A DNA stretch of 30,929 nucleotides from Snowella sp. (GCA_035285545.1 JAYKGY010000009.1:1-30929); one strand, 5' to 3'. Shown: positions 19,494 to 29,537, counted from the first letter of the stretch. The notes: generated by a model not told the origin, from the letters alone. Numbers and translations: made by a program.

Positions 19494-20282
19494 TTATTGT
19501 GGCTCTTTGGGGTCTAAAACGGATTGATTTAAGGCTTTACGGGCAATTTTAGTGACATAAAGCGTCACAGCAACCGTGGCGATTAACCCGATGATTCGGA
19601 TAGCCCATTGGGCGACGGGGTTGACCGTTGGGGTTTGACTTCCCAAGGTCGCAAGACTGCCGGCTAAAGAGCCGATATAGACGTACAGAATGGTTCCAGG
19701 AATGATTCCCACTGAGGCGATCGCGTAATCTTTGAGGGAAACTCCGGTTACCCCATAGGCATAATTCAGAAAAATAAACGGAAAAACAGGAGAAAGGCGC
19801 GTTAATAAAACAATTTTAAACCCTTCTTTTCCGACGGCTTTATCAATCGCTTGAAATTTGGGGTTGCCTGCTATTTTTCGGATGACCCATCCCCGTGCCA
19901 GATAACGACCCACTAAAAACGCCGCGATCGCGCCCAGCGTAGCCCCAAAAAATACATAGAGTGACCCCAGCACTACCCCAAAAACGGCTCCTGCCCCCAA
20001 GGTTAAAATCGAACTCGGTATCAGTACGACCGTTGCAACGATATAAAGCCCCATAAAAGCGATCGCGCCAATCACCCCTAAACCCTCTACCCACCTCAAA
20101 GCGTCCCGTAATAAAGTTTGGGGATTGAAATCTAAAGTAGTCGAAAAATCCTGAGCGAAAGCCGGAGAATCCGCAAAGATTAAAACCAAACTCAAGAAAA
20201 ATAACCCTAAGCATCGGGATTGAAAGCATCTACGCTCTTGAACAAACCATACATATAAATATTGACGTAATGCGTTCAACAT
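19494..20282 (-). CDS. TVP38/TMEM64 (DedA superfamily) membrane protein
   Basis: IPSSILTLGAGAVFG, GATLGAIAAFLVGRYLAR, LLTRLSPVFPF..NYAYG, PGTILYVYIG. Confidence 0.92.
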   Translation of the reverse strand: MLNALRQYLYVWFVQERRCFQSRCLGLFFLSLVLIFADSPAFAQDFSTTLDFNPQTLLRDALRWVEGLGVIGAIAFMGLYIVATVVLIPSSILTLGAGAVFGVVLGSLYVFFGATLGAIAAFLVGRYLARGWVIRKIAGNPKFQAIDKAVGKEGFKIVLLTRLSPVFPFIFLNYAYGVTGVSLKDYAIASVGIIPGTILYVYIGSLAGSLATLGSQTPTVNPVAQWAIRIIGLIATVAVTLYVTKIARKALNQSVLDPKEPQ

Positions 20283-20311
20283 AGATGATTAACCGACAAT
20301 TGCAACTGCCC

Positions 20312-21280
20312 CTAACAGCAACCCCCACCGTTATAGTACCAAGTCGAATCGGTAATGAGAATCTCCGTCGAGAAAAGCTGAGCTAATTTGGTCGCGGTTT
20401 TATCACAAACAGCCGTTGGAACTCCCTGCTGAAGAATATGGCCCGCCTTATCATCAAAATAGGCATTCTTGCCGGTATAAATAGCCGTTTTTCCCGTAAA
20501 AATACAAGCTCCATCGTCAGGAATGGCAACCTTAAAGGCTACAGAGTCAAGACTCTCTAATAACAGATGCTCCTCTAACCCATAGGTCTGACGATTGAGT
20601 AACCGATAGGGACGACGGGCACGAATCTCAATTTGTCCAAACCCCACACTGATTAAATGCTCAATATAGTCCTCATAGGTCAAGGCTCCTGACAAACACA
20701 TAGCCCGCAACCGTTCATCTGCTTGTAAATGCTCAGGCATGGGACGAGTGGCGATCGGATCACTCATTAGTAAACGCCCATTGGGTTTCAGCACGCGAAA
20801 CACTTCTTTTAACGCCAAGGCGAGATCAGCCGGTTTAAAAATATTGAACAGACAATTTTGGGCAACCACATCGACAGAAGCATCGGCTACAGGCAAGGAA
20901 AACGCATCTCCTTCGCGCAGTTCAACAAAACTGGGATGAAACCAGTCATTTTCTAAGGCTGCTAACTCAAGATTCCGTCGAGCCGCTTCTCGCATGGCAG
21001 GAACGGGATCAATTGCAATCACGGCACCAGGACGACGGGAAAAGTAGGCAAATTGTAAGGCTTCTAAACCACCCCCAACCCCCACATATAACACCGTAGG
21101 ACTATTGATTAATTCCGTTGGATAAACCGTTGTTCCACAGCCATAATTCATATCCTGCATCGGTTGCGGGATCGTCAGTCCGGGAAGTTGCAAGGGGGAA
21201 CTTTGGACGCAGCACAAACCGACTTCCGGGACTTGGGCTACATCGCTATAAAACTGGGCGGTTGTTTCTAAATAGGTCAT
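20312..21280 (-). CDS. arsM: Arsenite S-adenosylmethionine methyltransferase (cyanobacterial arsenosugar-pathway ArsM type)
   Basis: GLCCV, NYGCG, SAM motif LYVGVGGG, AQNCLFN, RAMCLSGA, C-terminal YNGGGCC. Confidence 0.88.
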   Translation of the reverse strand: MTYLETTAQFYSDVAQVPEVGLCCVQSSPLQLPGLTIPQPMQDMNYGCGTTVYPTELINSPTVLYVGVGGGLEALQFAYFSRRPGAVIAIDPVPAMREAARRNLELAALENDWFHPSFVELREGDAFSLPVADASVDVVAQNCLFNIFKPADLALALKEVFRVLKPNGRLLMSDPIATRPMPEHLQADERLRAMCLSGALTYEDYIEHLISVGFGQIEIRARRPYRLLNRQTYGLEEHLLLESLDSVAFKVAIPDDGACIFTGKTAIYTGKNAYFDDKAGHILQQGVPTAVCDKTATKLAQLFSTEILITDSTWYYNGGGCC

Positions 21281-21306
21281 TGAATTTTGAGTGCCTAGAC
21301 AAATTG

Positions 21307-22791
21307 TTATTCTGCCAATTTTTGTTCCACTAATTGATTGGTTAACTTAGGATCCGCTCGTCCGCCCGTTTGCTTCATCACTTGACCGACAAAGAAGCCT
21401 TTCATATTGCCTTTGCCACTGCGGAATTTTTCCAACTCTTTCGGGTTTGCCGCGATAATCGCATCGACAATTTTACCCAACTCCACGGGATCGGAAATTT
21501 GGGTCATGCCTTTAGATTCGATGAGTTTCTTGGGTGACCCCCCTTTTTCTAAGAGTTCGGGCAGAATTTCCTTGGCAATCTTGCCGCTAATGGTTCCTTT
21601 TTCAATAAGTTCCACTAATTCGGCTAAGGCTTGGGGTTTCAAGGGAATTTCCGTAATGCTTAACTTATTATTGTTTAAATAGGCGGCTAAATCTTGCGTT
21701 ACCCAGTTGGCCACTAATTTCGCGTTGCCCCCTGCTTTAACGGCTGTCTCAAAGTAATCGGAAACTTCCCGATCATCGGTTAACACCCTCGCATCGTAGG
21801 CCGAAAGTTCTAATTCTTTTTCATAACGCGATCGCCGAGCCGCAGGGAGTTCGGGTAAGGTTTTGCGCCATTCTTCTTTTTGGGTTTCTGAAACTTCAAG
21901 GGGGGGTAAGTCCGGTTCAGGGAAATAGCGATAATCACTCGATCCTTCCTTGGAACGCATACTAATCGTCCGTTGGGTTCCTTCTTCCCAAAGCCGTGTT
22001 TCTTGAACAATCGGTTCGTTATTTTCTAAGGCTTCAATTTGCCGTTCAATCTCATATTCAATGGCTTTTTGGATGGCACTAAAGGAGTTCATATTTTTGA
22101 TCTCAACCTTAGTTCCAAATTTCTCTTGACCGACAGGACGGACTGAAATATTGACATCACACCGCAGGGAACCTTCCTGCATATTGCCGTCGCTGATTCC
22201 CAAATAACGGACTAAACGGCGTAGCTCTTGAGCATATTCAGCCGCTTCTTGCCCTGTGCGTAAATCCGGTTCCGAAACAATTTCCAATAAGGGAACCCCT
22301 GTCCGATTAAAATCCACTAAAGAATGGGTTGATCCGGCTAAACGGTCACTTCCCGCATGGACTAACTTGCCCGCATCCTCTTCCATGTGCAGACGGGTAA
22401 TGCCAATGGTTTTACGGCTGATTTCTTTCGTTTTCTTGTCAACCAATTCAATTTCCAGGGAACCATGCTCCACAATGGGCAGATCAAACTGGGAAACTTG
22501 ATAATTTTTCGGGAGATCAGGATAAAAATATTGTTTACGGTCAAATTTACTGTAGGGAGCAATCTGGCCATTAATCGCTAAACCGAGCTTGACAGCGGCC
22601 GCTAAGACTTCTTGATTGAGCACAGGCAAAACCCCTGGGTAGCCCAAACAAACAGGACACACATTAGTATTCGGCGGACTATCGAAACGAGTCGAACAAG
22701 TACAGAAAATTTTACTTGCAGTGTTGAGTTGGCAATGGGTTTCTAACCCAATAATCGCTTCGTAGTCAGTCTTAACGGCTGTTGCGGTCAT
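21307..22791 (-). CDS. gatB: Asp/Glu-tRNA amidotransferase subunit B
   Basis: YEAIIGLETHCQL, FDRKQYFYPDLPK, HMEEDAGK, LRCDVNIS, YRYFPEPDL. Start ATG22791 preferred because a TATAAT lies at 22820-22825 inside the ORF-track extension. Confidence 0.98.
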   Translation of the reverse strand: MTATAVKTDYEAIIGLETHCQLNTASKIFCTCSTRFDSPPNTNVCPVCLGYPGVLPVLNQEVLAAAVKLGLAINGQIAPYSKFDRKQYFYPDLPKNYQVSQFDLPIVEHGSLEIELVDKKTKEISRKTIGITRLHMEEDAGKLVHAGSDRLAGSTHSLVDFNRTGVPLLEIVSEPDLRTGQEAAEYAQELRRLVRYLGISDGNMQEGSLRCDVNISVRPVGQEKFGTKVEIKNMNSFSAIQKAIEYEIERQIEALENNEPIVQETRLWEEGTQRTISMRSKEGSSDYRYFPEPDLPPLEVSETQKEEWRKTLPELPAARRSRYEKELELSAYDARVLTDDREVSDYFETAVKAGGNAKLVANWVTQDLAAYLNNNKLSITEIPLKPQALAELVELIEKGTISGKIAKEILPELLEKGGSPKKLIESKGMTQISDPVELGKIVDAIIAANPKELEKFRSGKGNMKGFFVGQVMKQTGGRADPKLTNQLVEQKLAE

Positions 22792-22974
22792 AAAGATTTT
22801 CAAGAAAACGGCTAAAACTATTATAGGGGAAAGGTTAGACTTGTTTAATGCAAATGCTGGCTTTCCAAAGGTTCCCAACAAAAGCGTTAGGGAAAATAAC
22901 GATAAAATTCCTTACAGTGGAGAACTTTTGTAATAAGACTTCAGCAATTCTAAAAAGCGACTTAACTTAAATTT

Positions 22975-24063
22975 CTAAAAGGAAATTATTAAATAGCCAT
23001 TTTGAAATTTTGCGCCTTTGACAGGCTGACCACTTAAGGGAGAGGGTAAGGCAATATTGCGGCGTTGATCTCCGGCTTCAATAGTAATTTCGGGGCCGTA
23101 TTGGGTTAATTTAACTTGTTTTTTATCAAATCCTGGCAAGAAAACCTGTACTTGTCGCGCAGCAATATCAATGGTTAAGGGTTGCGGGACGTTCGAGGTT
23201 GAACGAACATCGGGAACAGCGTTGATTAACTCATCCCAATTGTCCCCTGAAAAGTTGGGAAGCGTTGTTGTGATTAAAGGATTAAATTCTGGACTAAATT
23301 CGGCGGCAATCCCCTTCGTATTAGCAATGACACCTCTAACGCTTAACCCCACTTGTTGCGCTCCGCCCCAGAGGGATTTGGCGACTAAAATAGCAGCGGG
23401 ATCGGTAGTGGTAACGAGGTAGGCTGCAAAACGGTTGGGATCGGTTAAGGCTTTAATTCCTTCACTGAGTAGATTTTCGGGATTTTGGGGTTCTTGAGAA
23501 AGTTGGTCAAAGTTCCAAGAGACGTTTAAAACAGCAGAAGCAATGGGTTGCAAAAAGGGCATCACGGTTTTAACGACATCAGAATCCTGTAATACTTGCC
23601 GAAAACGTCGCCAGTACCAACTGCCAATTTCCGGGACTCCCAACATTCGTAAGCTATTTAAATTGCCTGCCCCGTCATAAAGAATGACATCATAACGCCC
23701 ACTTTGCGAATACTCACGGAAGGCATTGAGGGTCAGGATTTCATCCATGCCTGGAATAACCCCTAACTCTTGTCCGTAAACATTTTTCAAGGTCGGCGAT
23801 CGCAGATATTTAGACTCTAATTCCTTAATTTGTTCCCAGCCTTGCTCCAACAATGCGGTGGAAGACAACTGGACGGCGGATAAATTCGGTTCAACTTCAG
23901 TGGCTGTGCTGGTTAAGCTCGTTCCTAAAAGAAATCCCAAGGAAAGATCCTGTCCCATTAAAAGAACCCGCGATCCTAAACGGGCTAACTTTTTGGCAAC
24001 CGCGATCGCTGTTGTTGTCCGACCCGTACCGCCTTTACCCAAAAAAGTAATAATTAGAGTCAT
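22975..24063 (-). CDS. ArsA/Get3-family ATPase with C-terminal alpha-crystallin/HSP20-like domain (Get3d type)
   Basis: Deviant P-loop GKGGTGRTT, PGMDE, YDVILYDG, C-terminal FLPGFDKKQVKLTQYGPEITIEAGDQRRNI..AKFQNGYLIISF. Confidence 0.85.
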   Translation of the reverse strand: MTLIITFLGKGGTGRTTTAIAVAKKLARLGSRVLLMGQDLSLGFLLGTSLTSTATEVEPNLSAVQLSSTALLEQGWEQIKELESKYLRSPTLKNVYGQELGVIPGMDEILTLNAFREYSQSGRYDVILYDGAGNLNSLRMLGVPEIGSWYWRRFRQVLQDSDVVKTVMPFLQPIASAVLNVSWNFDQLSQEPQNPENLLSEGIKALTDPNRFAAYLVTTTDPAAILVAKSLWGGAQQVGLSVRGVIANTKGIAAEFSPEFNPLITTTLPNFSGDNWDELINAVPDVRSTSNVPQPLTIDIAARQVQVFLPGFDKKQVKLTQYGPEITIEAGDQRRNIALPSPLSGQPVKGAKFQNGYLIISF

Positions 24064-24108
24064 CGTCAATCTGCTAACAAAAAGGTTCCTGCTGTAATCC
24101 TAGCAATC

Positions 24109-24303
24109 TTACTTTAGGGCTTGCAGTTCATCCTCAAAAAACCACGTAGCGGTTTTATCCTCAAATGCGACGACAGCCCCAATGCCGCTACCATCCGTCA
24201 TTTTGAAGTCTTGAACAGTGCCCACTTTGCCGAGTTTGCCCACGATGTCCTGGGATACTCGGTCTCTCAACCGATAAACTTTAACCTTTTGACCGATTTC
24301 CAT
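24109..24303 (-). CDS. petP: Cytochrome b6f-associated subunit PetP (DUF2862)
   Basis: MEIGQKVKVYRLRDRV...FKMTDGSGIG...TWFFEDEL signature. Confidence 0.92.
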   Translation of the reverse strand: MEIGQKVKVYRLRDRVSQDIVGKLGKVGTVQDFKMTDGSGIGAVVAFEDKTATWFFEDELQALK

Positions 24304-24468
24304 GCCGAAATATTGTGATTAATACGAATAAACCAATCCTCAGTGTAACGGAATTTGTTCCTTTCCAGTCGTTTGCTTATCAAAATCCCGTTATCGATAC
24401 GGTGTTCGCTAGGGGAGTTCGCTATGATACAATGGCACCTTAGCTTATGATTCATAGCCTAACCCCTG

Positions 24469-25278
24469 TTGTTTATGTCCTTGTCTTTAACAAATCGCCT
24501 CAAATGGTCGCCTTTACAGCGATATGTAGAGCTACTCCATATATTGGTTGAGCGAAATTTAAAAGGACGCTATCGAGGTTCGATTTTAGGGGTTTATTGG
24601 TCGCTCTTCAGCCCCTTATTGATGACGGGACTCTATACGGCCATTTTTGGTGCTGCCTTTAAAAGTTATTTCGGTGGTTCGCTAATTAATTATGTCTTGG
24701 CCGCCTTTACCGGGTTAATTGTCATTAACTTTTTTTCCTCATCGACTAATCAGGCGTTAGCCAGTGTGGTGGGCAGTGGGGGATTGATGAATAAGATTCG
24801 TCTTCCCATCAGTGTTTTTCCTTTGTCCATGATTTTGGCCAATGTTTTTCAGTTTGTCGTCGGCCCGTTCCCCTTACTCGCGATCGTCACCTTAATTAAA
24901 AGCCATAATCCTCTCCACGTTATTTTATTAGTCATTCCGCTAATTGCCTTGGCCTTAGTGTGTACGGGCGTGGGGTTCTTTGTCAGTGCCCTGTACGTTT
25001 TCTTTCGAGATTTACCTTATTTTTATGAGTTAGTCTGTTTTACCCTCTGGATGGGGTCGCCCATTTTCTATCCGGTTGAGATTGTGCCGCCCCAAGTTCG
25101 CACCTTTTTAGTGCTTAATCCCCTCTATCCGATCATTGAAAGTATTCGTCAAATTTCCTTGTCAGGTGTTTTACCCTGGGGGCTACTCCTACACGCTTTA
25201 TTAAACGGTCTTGTGCTACTGGCTTTTGGTTGGTTTGTGTTTAGAGCCTGGCAAAATCAATTTATGGATTTACTATAG
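24469..25278 (+). CDS. wzm: Polysaccharide/O-antigen ABC-2 exporter permease
   Basis: LKGRYRGSILGVYWSL, FFRDL, SPIFYP, LNPL..IIESIR; multiple TM helices. Confidence 0.9.
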   Translation: MFMSLSLTNRLKWSPLQRYVELLHILVERNLKGRYRGSILGVYWSLFSPLLMTGLYTAIFGAAFKSYFGGSLINYVLAAFTGLIVINFFSSSTNQALASVVGSGGLMNKIRLPISVFPLSMILANVFQFVVGPFPLLAIVTLIKSHNPLHVILLVIPLIALALVCTGVGFFVSALYVFFRDLPYFYELVCFTLWMGSPIFYPVEIVPPQVRTFLVLNPLYPIIESIRQISLSGVLPWGLLLHALLNGLVLLAFGWFVFRAWQNQFMDLL

Positions 25279-25286
25279 ATTTTTCA

Positions 25287-26051
25287 ATGACAGAAGTTAT
25301 TCGTTTAGACCAAGTTTCTCTTTATCGAAGAACCCAAGAAGAGTTTTCCTACGATCTCAAGAAAACCCTTTTATCGGTACTAGAGGGGAAATACCGTAAG
25401 CCATCCAAAAAGCTAATTCTTGACCAGGTAGATTTAGTTGTCAATGCAGGTGAAAAGATCGGCATTGTCGGGTCTAATGGTTCTGGTAAATCGACTTTAT
25501 TAAAATTAATTTGTGGTATCTTGCAGCCCACCAAAGGTGGCATTCGGGTGAAAGGGGAAATTGCGCCTTTGATTGAGTTAGGGGCAGGATTTGACCCCGA
25601 TCTATCGGTTTTGGATAATATTGTTCTTTACGGGGTGATGCTGGGATTTTCTCGGCAGGAAATGAAAGAGCGGGTTTTTTCGATTCTGGAGTTTGCTGAA
25701 TTAGAAGATTATCGATATGCGCCGGTAAAATCTCTTTCTTCAGGGATGAGTGCCCGTTTAGGGTTCGCGATCGCCACCGATGTCCAACCCGATATTTTGA
25801 TCTTGGATGAAGTGCTATCGGTCGGGGATGAAAGCTTTAAAAATAAATGCCAAAAACGAATCAATAAATTGTGGGATCAGCACACCACAATTCTGGTAGT
25901 ATCGCATGGGCTGGAATTTATTCAACAATCCTGCGAGCGAGCCATCTGGTTAGACAGAGGAAAAATTCGCTTTATGGGGAGTCCTGAAGAAACCATTAGC
26001 CATTACTTACAATCGGTTCAAAATCATGAAACCGTCCCAACACAAGCTTAA
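25287..26051 (+). CDS. wzt: Polysaccharide ABC exporter ATPase (no C-terminal carbohydrate-binding domain)
   Basis: GSNGSGKST, LSSGMSARLGF, ILDEVLSVGD, VSH. Only 254 aa. Confidence 0.9.
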   Translation: MTEVIRLDQVSLYRRTQEEFSYDLKKTLLSVLEGKYRKPSKKLILDQVDLVVNAGEKIGIVGSNGSGKSTLLKLICGILQPTKGGIRVKGEIAPLIELGAGFDPDLSVLDNIVLYGVMLGFSRQEMKERVFSILEFAELEDYRYAPVKSLSSGMSARLGFAIATDVQPDILILDEVLSVGDESFKNKCQKRINKLWDQHTTILVVSHGLEFIQQSCERAIWLDRGKIRFMGSPEETISHYLQSVQNHETVPTQA

Positions 26052-26064
26052 ATAAGGGTAAATT

Positions 26065-26997
26065 ATGAAAATTTTAATTACAGGTGGAGCAGGATATATT
26101 GGCTCTGTGTTAACCCCGACCCTCTTAGCTCAGGGCTACGAAGTCACGGTATTGGATAATTTCATGTTCCGTCAGGCAAGTTTAGCGGAATGTTGTCAAT
26201 ATGACACTTTTGACATCGTGCGCGGAGATTGCAGAGATGAATCCCTCATGCAGTCCTTACTCAAAGATGCCGATGTCATTATTCCCTTAGCTGCCCTAGT
26301 CGGTGCGCCTTTGTGTAACCGTGATGCTGTGGGGACACAGACGATTAATCTCGACGCGATTAAACTATTATGCCGTTTAGCCAGTCCCTCCCAACGAATT
26401 TTAATGCCTGTCACCAATAGTGGCTATGGTATTGGAGAAGCGGGTAAATTTTGCACAGAAGAAAGTCCCCTCCGTCCGATTTCCCTCTATGGCGTAACCA
26501 AAGTGGAAGCCGAAAAAGCCATTTTAGAGCGAGAAAATAGTATGACGTTTCGCCTAGCAACGGTTTTTGGGATGTCACCTAGAATGCGGATTGATTTATT
26601 GGTCAATGATTTTGTCTATCGAGCCGTTCACGATCGCGCAGTTGTCATTTTTGAAGGACACTTTAAACGCAACTATATCCATATTCGAGATGTGGCCAAC
26701 GTGTTCTTACATGGGTTAAATAACTTTGAATCTATGAAAGGCAAGCCCTATAACGTGGGACTAGAAGACGCGAATTTATCGAAAATAGAATTGTGCGATG
26801 AAATTAAAAAATATTTACCCAATTTCGTTTATTTAGAAGCCCCCATCGGAGAAGATCCCGATAAGCGGGATTATATTGTCTCGAATCAACGAATTTTAAG
26901 CACAGGATTTGAGCTAGAATGGCCACTAGGACGAGGGATTCGAGAATTGATTAAAGGCTATACCATTTTGCGGAATAGTCTCTACTCCAATGTCTAA
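26065..26997 (+). CDS. NAD-dependent nucleotide-sugar epimerase/dehydratase (extended SDR)
   Basis: TGGAGYIG, YGVTK catalytic motif, RLATVFG.S.RMR.DL, RNYIHIRD. Confidence 0.9.
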   Translation: MKILITGGAGYIGSVLTPTLLAQGYEVTVLDNFMFRQASLAECCQYDTFDIVRGDCRDESLMQSLLKDADVIIPLAALVGAPLCNRDAVGTQTINLDAIKLLCRLASPSQRILMPVTNSGYGIGEAGKFCTEESPLRPISLYGVTKVEAEKAILERENSMTFRLATVFGMSPRMRIDLLVNDFVYRAVHDRAVVIFEGHFKRNYIHIRDVANVFLHGLNNFESMKGKPYNVGLEDANLSKIELCDEIKKYLPNFVYLEAPIGEDPDKRDYIVSNQRILSTGFELEWPLGRGIRELIKGYTILRNSLYSNV

Positions 26998-27027
26998 ATA
27001 ATGAATTTTGACCTAACCAACGGTTTC

Positions 27028-27050
27028 TGGGGGCACGCAATACGCCCCTA
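27028..27050. repeat. REP-like palindrome or terminator hairpin after the wzm-wzt-epimerase operon
   Basis: GGGGC-ACGCAATAC-GCCCCTA; the minus strand TAGGGGCG... resembles GTAG-type REP elements. Confidence 0.45.
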
Positions 27051-27363
27051 GAGAATTTGTTGAAATTAACAAAACATTAAACAAAATTGGCAATAATGTC
27101 TAAGACAGGAAGACATAAATAACAAGAACAAACATTTTATAAAATTTGCCCATTAAACGCTTTATTGTCGGCAACCAGAGAAGTTTAGGGGGAATCAGAT
27201 CCTCAGGGTCACTAGTAATCAAAAACAAATTTTTATGGTTAGGATCTTCTTGAATCACCGATTTGGGCTGTTCCTTATGGGTAGAAGATAAGTTATACCT
27301 TAAGTCTTGCCCTGATCCTAGCATTAAATTTTTAAATTGCAGAGGCTAATCGAGATCAAGAAA

Positions 27364-29010
27364 TCAAGTGGTAGGGACTAAAATTGACAAGGTTGAAACA
27401 ATTTTTACCCCAAACTCTTCTTCAAATACATTTTTTTTGTAATCTAAATTCCAGAGTTCTAGGGCGCAATCATCATCACTCTGAGACGGAATGAGATGCA
27501 GATGTAACTTTCGATATTCTGGGTCATACTTACAATCAAAATCTTGAATTGCACCAACTTGGCGGCGGTCTAAGGCAACAGCTAGTCTTAACATTGCACT
27601 GAGTTGTCGAACAACTAACCGATAATTTTCTGACAACTTCATGTAATATTCATGGCGTTTTTTCGGTTTACTCCGTCGGTGATAACGGGCAATATTTGCG
27701 ATAATTTCTAATTCTATTTCGGTAAAGCCTAATAATTCGGCATGACGGATCAGATAATAGGAATGTTTGTGATGAGCAGAATGACTAATATAGACACCGC
27801 AGTTGTGCAAAACCGCAGCGGCCCATAACCATTCTCGTTCCGTATTTCCCCAATCGTGTAAGATACCTTGCAATTGATCAAAAAACGATAGGGAAAATTG
27901 AGCAATTCGTTCACTGTAGGCCAGATCAACTTGATATTTATGGGCAATTTTAAGCACACTCCGAGACCGAATTTCTCCCTGAAAACGCAGACGATTTTCG
28001 ATCAAGCCGTGGGTTAACATCCAATCGACGATCACTCCTTCCCGTAAGGCCCGCTCACAAATAGTAATGCTTTCCAAATTGAGCATCGTCATGGCTTCTA
28101 ACAGAATGATCGACCCGGCTAAAATAATTTCTGCCCGCTTATCATTCATTCCAGGCAAGGCAAAGCGTTGTTCATAATTTAATCCACTAAAGCGTTTTAC
28201 CCAGTCTCGAATTTCCTTGCGGGTTAATGAATAGCCATGTAAGGGGCTGGGGATTTCTCTTTGTTGGCTGAGCGCATTTAAAATAGCCAGGGTTTCAATG
28301 GTGCCAGAGGTGCCGACGAGTTTGACGGTTTCCCCTAATTTCAGATAATGACGGAGTTCATCAATGGGACGCTCTAGCATCCCGCGAATATACGACCTCA
28401 GCGCAATAAATTCGTTTTGACTAATGGGATCGGTGGTAATAAAGTCACGGGTGAGGCGAACTGCACCAATTTTGGTACTACTTAGAAAGCGGGGTTCTTG
28501 ACTATCGGCTAGGATAATTTCCGTTGAGCCACCGCCAATATCAATAACAATATGGGGCTGATTTTGGAAATCCATCCCCGATAATACCCCTAAATAGATG
28601 CGTCGGGCTTCTTCCTGTCCGGAAATGAGATCGACTTGAATCCCCACTTCTGCTTCAATGCGGCTTAAAAATTCGTAGCCATTATTGGCTTCTCTTGTGG
28701 CACTGGTAGCAACGGCAATGATGTGATCCACGTTGATACTGAGGGCTAAGTCTTTACAGCGTTTTAAAGCCGCGATCGCGCGATTCATGGCAGCCTGAGT
28801 CAGGTTTCCCGTCTTGGGGTCTCGTTCCCCTAAGCGAACCGTATCTTTTTCCCTAGCAATAATGGTAAAAGCCGCTAGAACTGAATCAATGCGAACAATG
28901 ACCATGTGAACTGAGTTGGTTCCGATATCGATCGCGGCGAGCATACAAGGCTCTGAAGACTTACGACCGTTGCCGGTAACAGAAATGTGAGACTCTACCA
29001 TCCGATTCAC
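27364..29010 (-). CDS. ppx: Exopolyphosphatase Ppx/GppA family
   Basis: AAIDIGTNS, ATSATREA, ISGQEEAR, DIGGGSTE, GTSGT, ALREG, C-terminal HD-like domain (LHNCG..HHKHSYY). Confidence 0.95.
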   Translation of the reverse strand: MNRMVESHISVTGNGRKSSEPCMLAAIDIGTNSVHMVIVRIDSVLAAFTIIAREKDTVRLGERDPKTGNLTQAAMNRAIAALKRCKDLALSINVDHIIAVATSATREANNGYEFLSRIEAEVGIQVDLISGQEEARRIYLGVLSGMDFQNQPHIVIDIGGGSTEIILADSQEPRFLSSTKIGAVRLTRDFITTDPISQNEFIALRSYIRGMLERPIDELRHYLKLGETVKLVGTSGTIETLAILNALSQQREIPSPLHGYSLTRKEIRDWVKRFSGLNYEQRFALPGMNDKRAEIILAGSIILLEAMTMLNLESITICERALREGVIVDWMLTHGLIENRLRFQGEIRSRSVLKIAHKYQVDLAYSERIAQFSLSFFDQLQGILHDWGNTEREWLWAAAVLHNCGVYISHSAHHKHSYYLIRHAELLGFTEIELEIIANIARYHRRSKPKKRHEYYMKLSENYRLVVRQLSAMLRLAVALDRRQVGAIQDFDCKYDPEYRKLHLHLIPSQSDDDCALELWNLDYKKNVFEEEFGVKIVSTLSILVPTT

Positions 29011-29261
29011 TGTCCTAACCGTTCCCCTATCAGTTTCCCTTAAAACCCGTTCAAAAGCGAGAGAGCAATAAAAGTTAATGCCTGTCTTTAAGCTAAAACA
29101 GCCAACTCCTTTCTAGAAAGGTTGATCAAAGGCTGTGGTTTGAAATCGATCCGCCAGACAGACCAAACGCTAGGGCTGATCGCAAAGTGTCCAAAGCCTT
29201 ACCAGAAGCCAAAAGCCCGATGATATAGTGAATATGAATTAATTTGGTTTCTTTAAATTTT

Positions 29262-29537
29262 ATGAATAACCTGAAAGCTATCGGTATTGCGGGACTTATG
29301 GCGATCGCGACTGTCCTGCCAAGTTATGCGGTCATCAGTAGTAATGACATTCAACAAGCAGCCCAAATCTATTGCTCTACCTTAAAATCCGGTCAATCTG
29401 CCGAAGAGGCTCAAAAAGCCGCCAACGATTACCTAACCGCCAAAGTCAACAAAGATCACACCCCCGACCTCGCCGACGTTCGCAAACAAATGCGTCAGGC
29501 TATCCTTAACCTCTGCCCCGATCAAGTAAAAAAATAA
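29262..29537 (+). CDS. Small secreted helical protein with two Cys (DUF732-like pattern)
   Basis: Signal peptide MNNLKAIGIAGLMAIATVLPSYA; YCSTLKSGQS ... LNLCPD. ATG29262 preferred to TTG29244. Confidence 0.65.
   Translation: MNNLKAIGIAGLMAIATVLPSYAVISSNDIQQAAQIYCSTLKSGQSAEEAQKAANDYLTAKVNKDHTPDLADVRKQMRQAILNLCPDQVKK

Larger units (their letters stand above)
2899..29308. repeat. HIP1 octamer GCGATCGC dispersed throughout
   Basis: Examples at 2899, 3660, 4802, 6249, 6341, 8420, 14671 and 29301; a hallmark of many cyanobacterial genomes. Confidence 0.95.

Noticed and set aside
20312..24063. ArsA-like ATPase plus arsM as an arsenic-resistance operon
   Set aside because: The ATPase is a single-domain Get3d type with an HSP20-like domain and no Cys. 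gatB with its own -10 box lies between the two genes, and there is no arsR, arsB, arsC or acr3.
27100..27324. 74-aa ORF as a confident gene
   Set aside because: No recognisable motif and no clear RBS; it cannot be supported from sequence alone.
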